Assembly (NCBI GenBank): GCA_001563875.1 | Contig: LKMN01000015.1 | Coordinates: forward strand, 1 to 18,291 | DNA: 18,291 nucleotides | From: Nanohaloarchaea archaeon B1-Br10_U2g1 | GTDB lineage: Archaea; Nanohalarchaeota; Nanosalinia; Nanosalinales; Nanosalinaceae | Reading direction: 5' to 3' | In this document: positions 16,939 to 18,291 of the stretch, in pieces | Numbering within the stretch: position 1 is the first letter of the stretch | How the letters are laid out: each line of letters opens with the position of its first letter | Program-made: the position numbers and the translations under genes | The notes under the pieces: model-generated | Told to the model about the DNA's origin: nothing | Database searches by the model: none | What the model saw: the letters and a program-made list of their open reading frames with translations, nothing else

Positions 16939-17246
16939 CTGTTGTCTCCTGAGCCTTTGATCTTCCCTCTATCCTTCCTATCAAACAGTTTATCTATATT
17001 GGCCTCTGCAGCCTCTGACATCTCGTAGCCTAGTTCATCTAGCAAACGTGCAATATACCAGAGACAGTCACCTATCTCATCTCTTATATCATCTCCAAGC
17101 TCTTTGTCATCTCTGATAGATTTCTTAACTTTCTCTGCTACCTCCCCGGCCTCACCGTTTAAACCCAGAGCTAAATATTCTATAGCGTTTTCCTCAGGAT
17201 ATACAGCTGTTTCACCTGTTTTTTTCTGGTAGTCATCAAACTCCAT
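16935..17246 (-). CDS. MazG-like nucleoside triphosphate pyrophosphohydrolase
   Basis: MEFDDYQ...YLALGLNGEAGEVAEKVKK...DEIGDCLWY...N+.KL..R...G.I.GSGDNR (ExxE...ExxD); ATG17246 with TTTTAGAA at 17275-17268; ATGA overlap with the ureohydrolase gene. Confidence 0.92.
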   Translation of the reverse strand: MEFDDYQKKTGETAVYPEENAIEYLALGLNGEAGEVAEKVKKSIRDDKELGDDIRDEIGDCLWYIARLLDELGYEMSEAAEANIDKLFDRKDRGKIKGSGDNR

Positions 17247-17333
17247 AAAGAATAGTAAGATTGTAAGTTCTAAAATACTTGGCGAAACGTACCAATAAAA
17301 TTTAACATAGATCACCCATAAACGGTAGTTGTC

Positions 17334-17702
17334 ATGTCAGATACTGAGAACTTTCTCGAACACAGCTTCCACGACTCCTTTCTGAAAGGAGTAGAAAGAG
17401 ACGGTAGAGACGTAACCTTAGTTATAGACACTGATATTTACTGGTTCCCCGGGAAACCGATTACTTTACTCAGACTGGTTTACGCTGACAGTATTTCAGA
17501 GCTACAGGATCTTGCAGTTAAACAAAATTTGAACGATATTATAATACAGAAAGCAAAGGTAGTAAGGGAAGACGATGGTTCATTCAACTTTAAGCTAGTA
17601 ATAGAAATGACGTCAGGAGAAGTAAAAGAGTGTAAATGTTACAACTTCTGGACTGAGAGAAAAGAAGAGTATAAAGACTACAAAACTACTTCTCACACAT
17701 AA
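17334..17702 (+). CDS. Hypothetical protein with N-terminal FHDS motif
   Basis: 122-aa ORF; TTTAACAT at 17301-17308; SFHDSFLKGVERDGRDVTLVID followed by predicted beta strands. Confidence 0.75.
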   Translation: MSDTENFLEHSFHDSFLKGVERDGRDVTLVIDTDIYWFPGKPITLLRLVYADSISELQDLAVKQNLNDIIIQKAKVVREDDGSFNFKLVIEMTSGEVKECKCYNFWTERKEEYKDYKTTSHT

Positions 17703-17710
17703 AAAGTGTA

Positions 17711-17785
17711 CGGACCCGGGGGGATTTGAACCCTCGACCTACCGGTTAGAAGCCGGTTGCTCTGTCCAGGCTGAGCTACGGGCCC
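17711..17785 (-). tRNA. tRNA-Arg(TCT), intron-less, CCA not encoded
   Basis: Reverse complement reads GGGCCCG TA GCTC AGCCTGGACA GAGC A ACCGG CT TCT AA CCGGT AGGTC GAGGG TTCAAAT CCCCC CGGGTCC G. Confidence 0.96.
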
Positions 17786-17837
17786 TTACGTATAGTTACC
17801 TTAGAAAGGTTAAGGGTTAAAAAAGAATCTTTTTTCG

Positions 17838-17999
17838 TTAGATAAATATTCCTGCGTGAAGTGTTATAGTGAATACTCCCACGCCTAAACTTGTAGCGAT
17901 AACAGTTTTCGGAGCTATCTCAAAACCCGAATCCGCTTCATAGTACTGAACTAATCCTCCCTGTGAAGAAGGCATACTTGACTCATTGCTCTTAGCCAT
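17838..17999 (-). CDS. secG: Preprotein translocase subunit Sec61beta (archaeal SecG), 53 aa; absent from the ORF track
   Basis: MAKSNESSMPSSQGGLVQYYEADSGFEIAPKTVIATSLGVGVFTITLHAGIFI*: MPxSxxGLxxYY..I.P..V plus a single TM helix. TTTTGAAG at 18029-18022. Confidence 0.92.
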   Translation of the reverse strand: MAKSNESSMPSSQGGLVQYYEADSGFEIAPKTVIATSLGVGVFTITLHAGIFI

Positions 18000-18047
18000 A
18001 CTACATTATAAGCTGTGAAAGCTTCAAAAAGGTTACTTAGAGTATAG

Positions 18048-18053
18048 AAAAAA
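18048..18053 (-). terminator. Oligo-T putative terminator of the 23S transcript
   Basis: TTTTTT on the minus strand about 100 nt past the 23S 3' end and just upstream of the secG TATA box. Confidence 0.4.
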
Positions 18054-18151
18054 GATACGTATCCCTGAAAAATATGGTTCGACCAAACGTGGTACAACCG
18101 TCAGAACAGGCCCTGAACTGTTAGAGCTCAGGCCGAATACCGTCCGTCGAG

Positions 18152-18291
18152 TTGGAACCCGTGATTAGTAGTGGTCGGCTGAAATCCTCGTTGCCTTGGA
18201 TCTTACACCGCCACTCTATCAAACTCGTCTTCTACGAGAACGGATGCGGTCTCTTTTTGAGGTAGTTTTCGAGCTTAGATGCTTTCAGCTC
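18152..18291 (-). rRNA. rrl: 23S rRNA, 3'-terminal ~140 nt (continues past the window edge; exact 3' end approximate)
   Basis: Reverse complement GAGCTGAAAGCATCTAAGCTCGAAA...CTCGTAGAAGACGAGTTTGATAG...GGTGTAAG...GGCAAC...TTCAGCC...TACTAAT matches the conserved archaeal 23S domain VI end. Confidence 0.96.

Noticed and set aside
1-18291. CRISPR arrays, IS elements, tandem repeats, inteins, tRNA introns, recoded stops
   Set aside because: None seen by eye. Recognised proteins have ordinary lengths and uninterrupted frames under the standard code; weak repeats could have been missed without computation.

Overview
Gene-dense chromosomal segment of a small halophilic archaeon, most likely Nanohaloarchaeota/DPANN. 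This is inferred from the very acidic proteins, moderately AT-rich DNA, tiny intergenic gaps, archaeal TATA boxes just upstream of start codons, intron-less tRNAs without CCA, and a 23S rRNA with no adjacent 5S. From left to right: the 3' end of a PQQ-dependent sugar dehydrogenase, a PH-domain membrane protein, a small 4-TM protein, a CopA Cu(I) P1B-ATPase, two orphans (one with CsoR-like Cys/His spacing, one threading onto a degenerate protein-kinase fold), a degenerate Nudix protein, deoxyhypusine synthase, a membrane protein with an LssY_C-like motif, tRNA-Phe(GAA) and two small orphans. Next comes a compact type IV pilus locus (PilB/VirB11 ATPase, single-domain KaiC-like ATPase, two T2SS-F platform proteins, one with an unusual extracellular domain, and two disulfide-type pilins). 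It is followed by argS, an agmatinase/arginase-family gene, a MazG-like pyrophosphatase, an FHD-motif orphan, tRNA-Arg(TCT), Sec61beta/SecG (missing from the ORF track) and the 3' end of 23S rRNA. No mobile element, CRISPR array or long repeat was seen. All family calls come from motif recognition by eye, without database searches.
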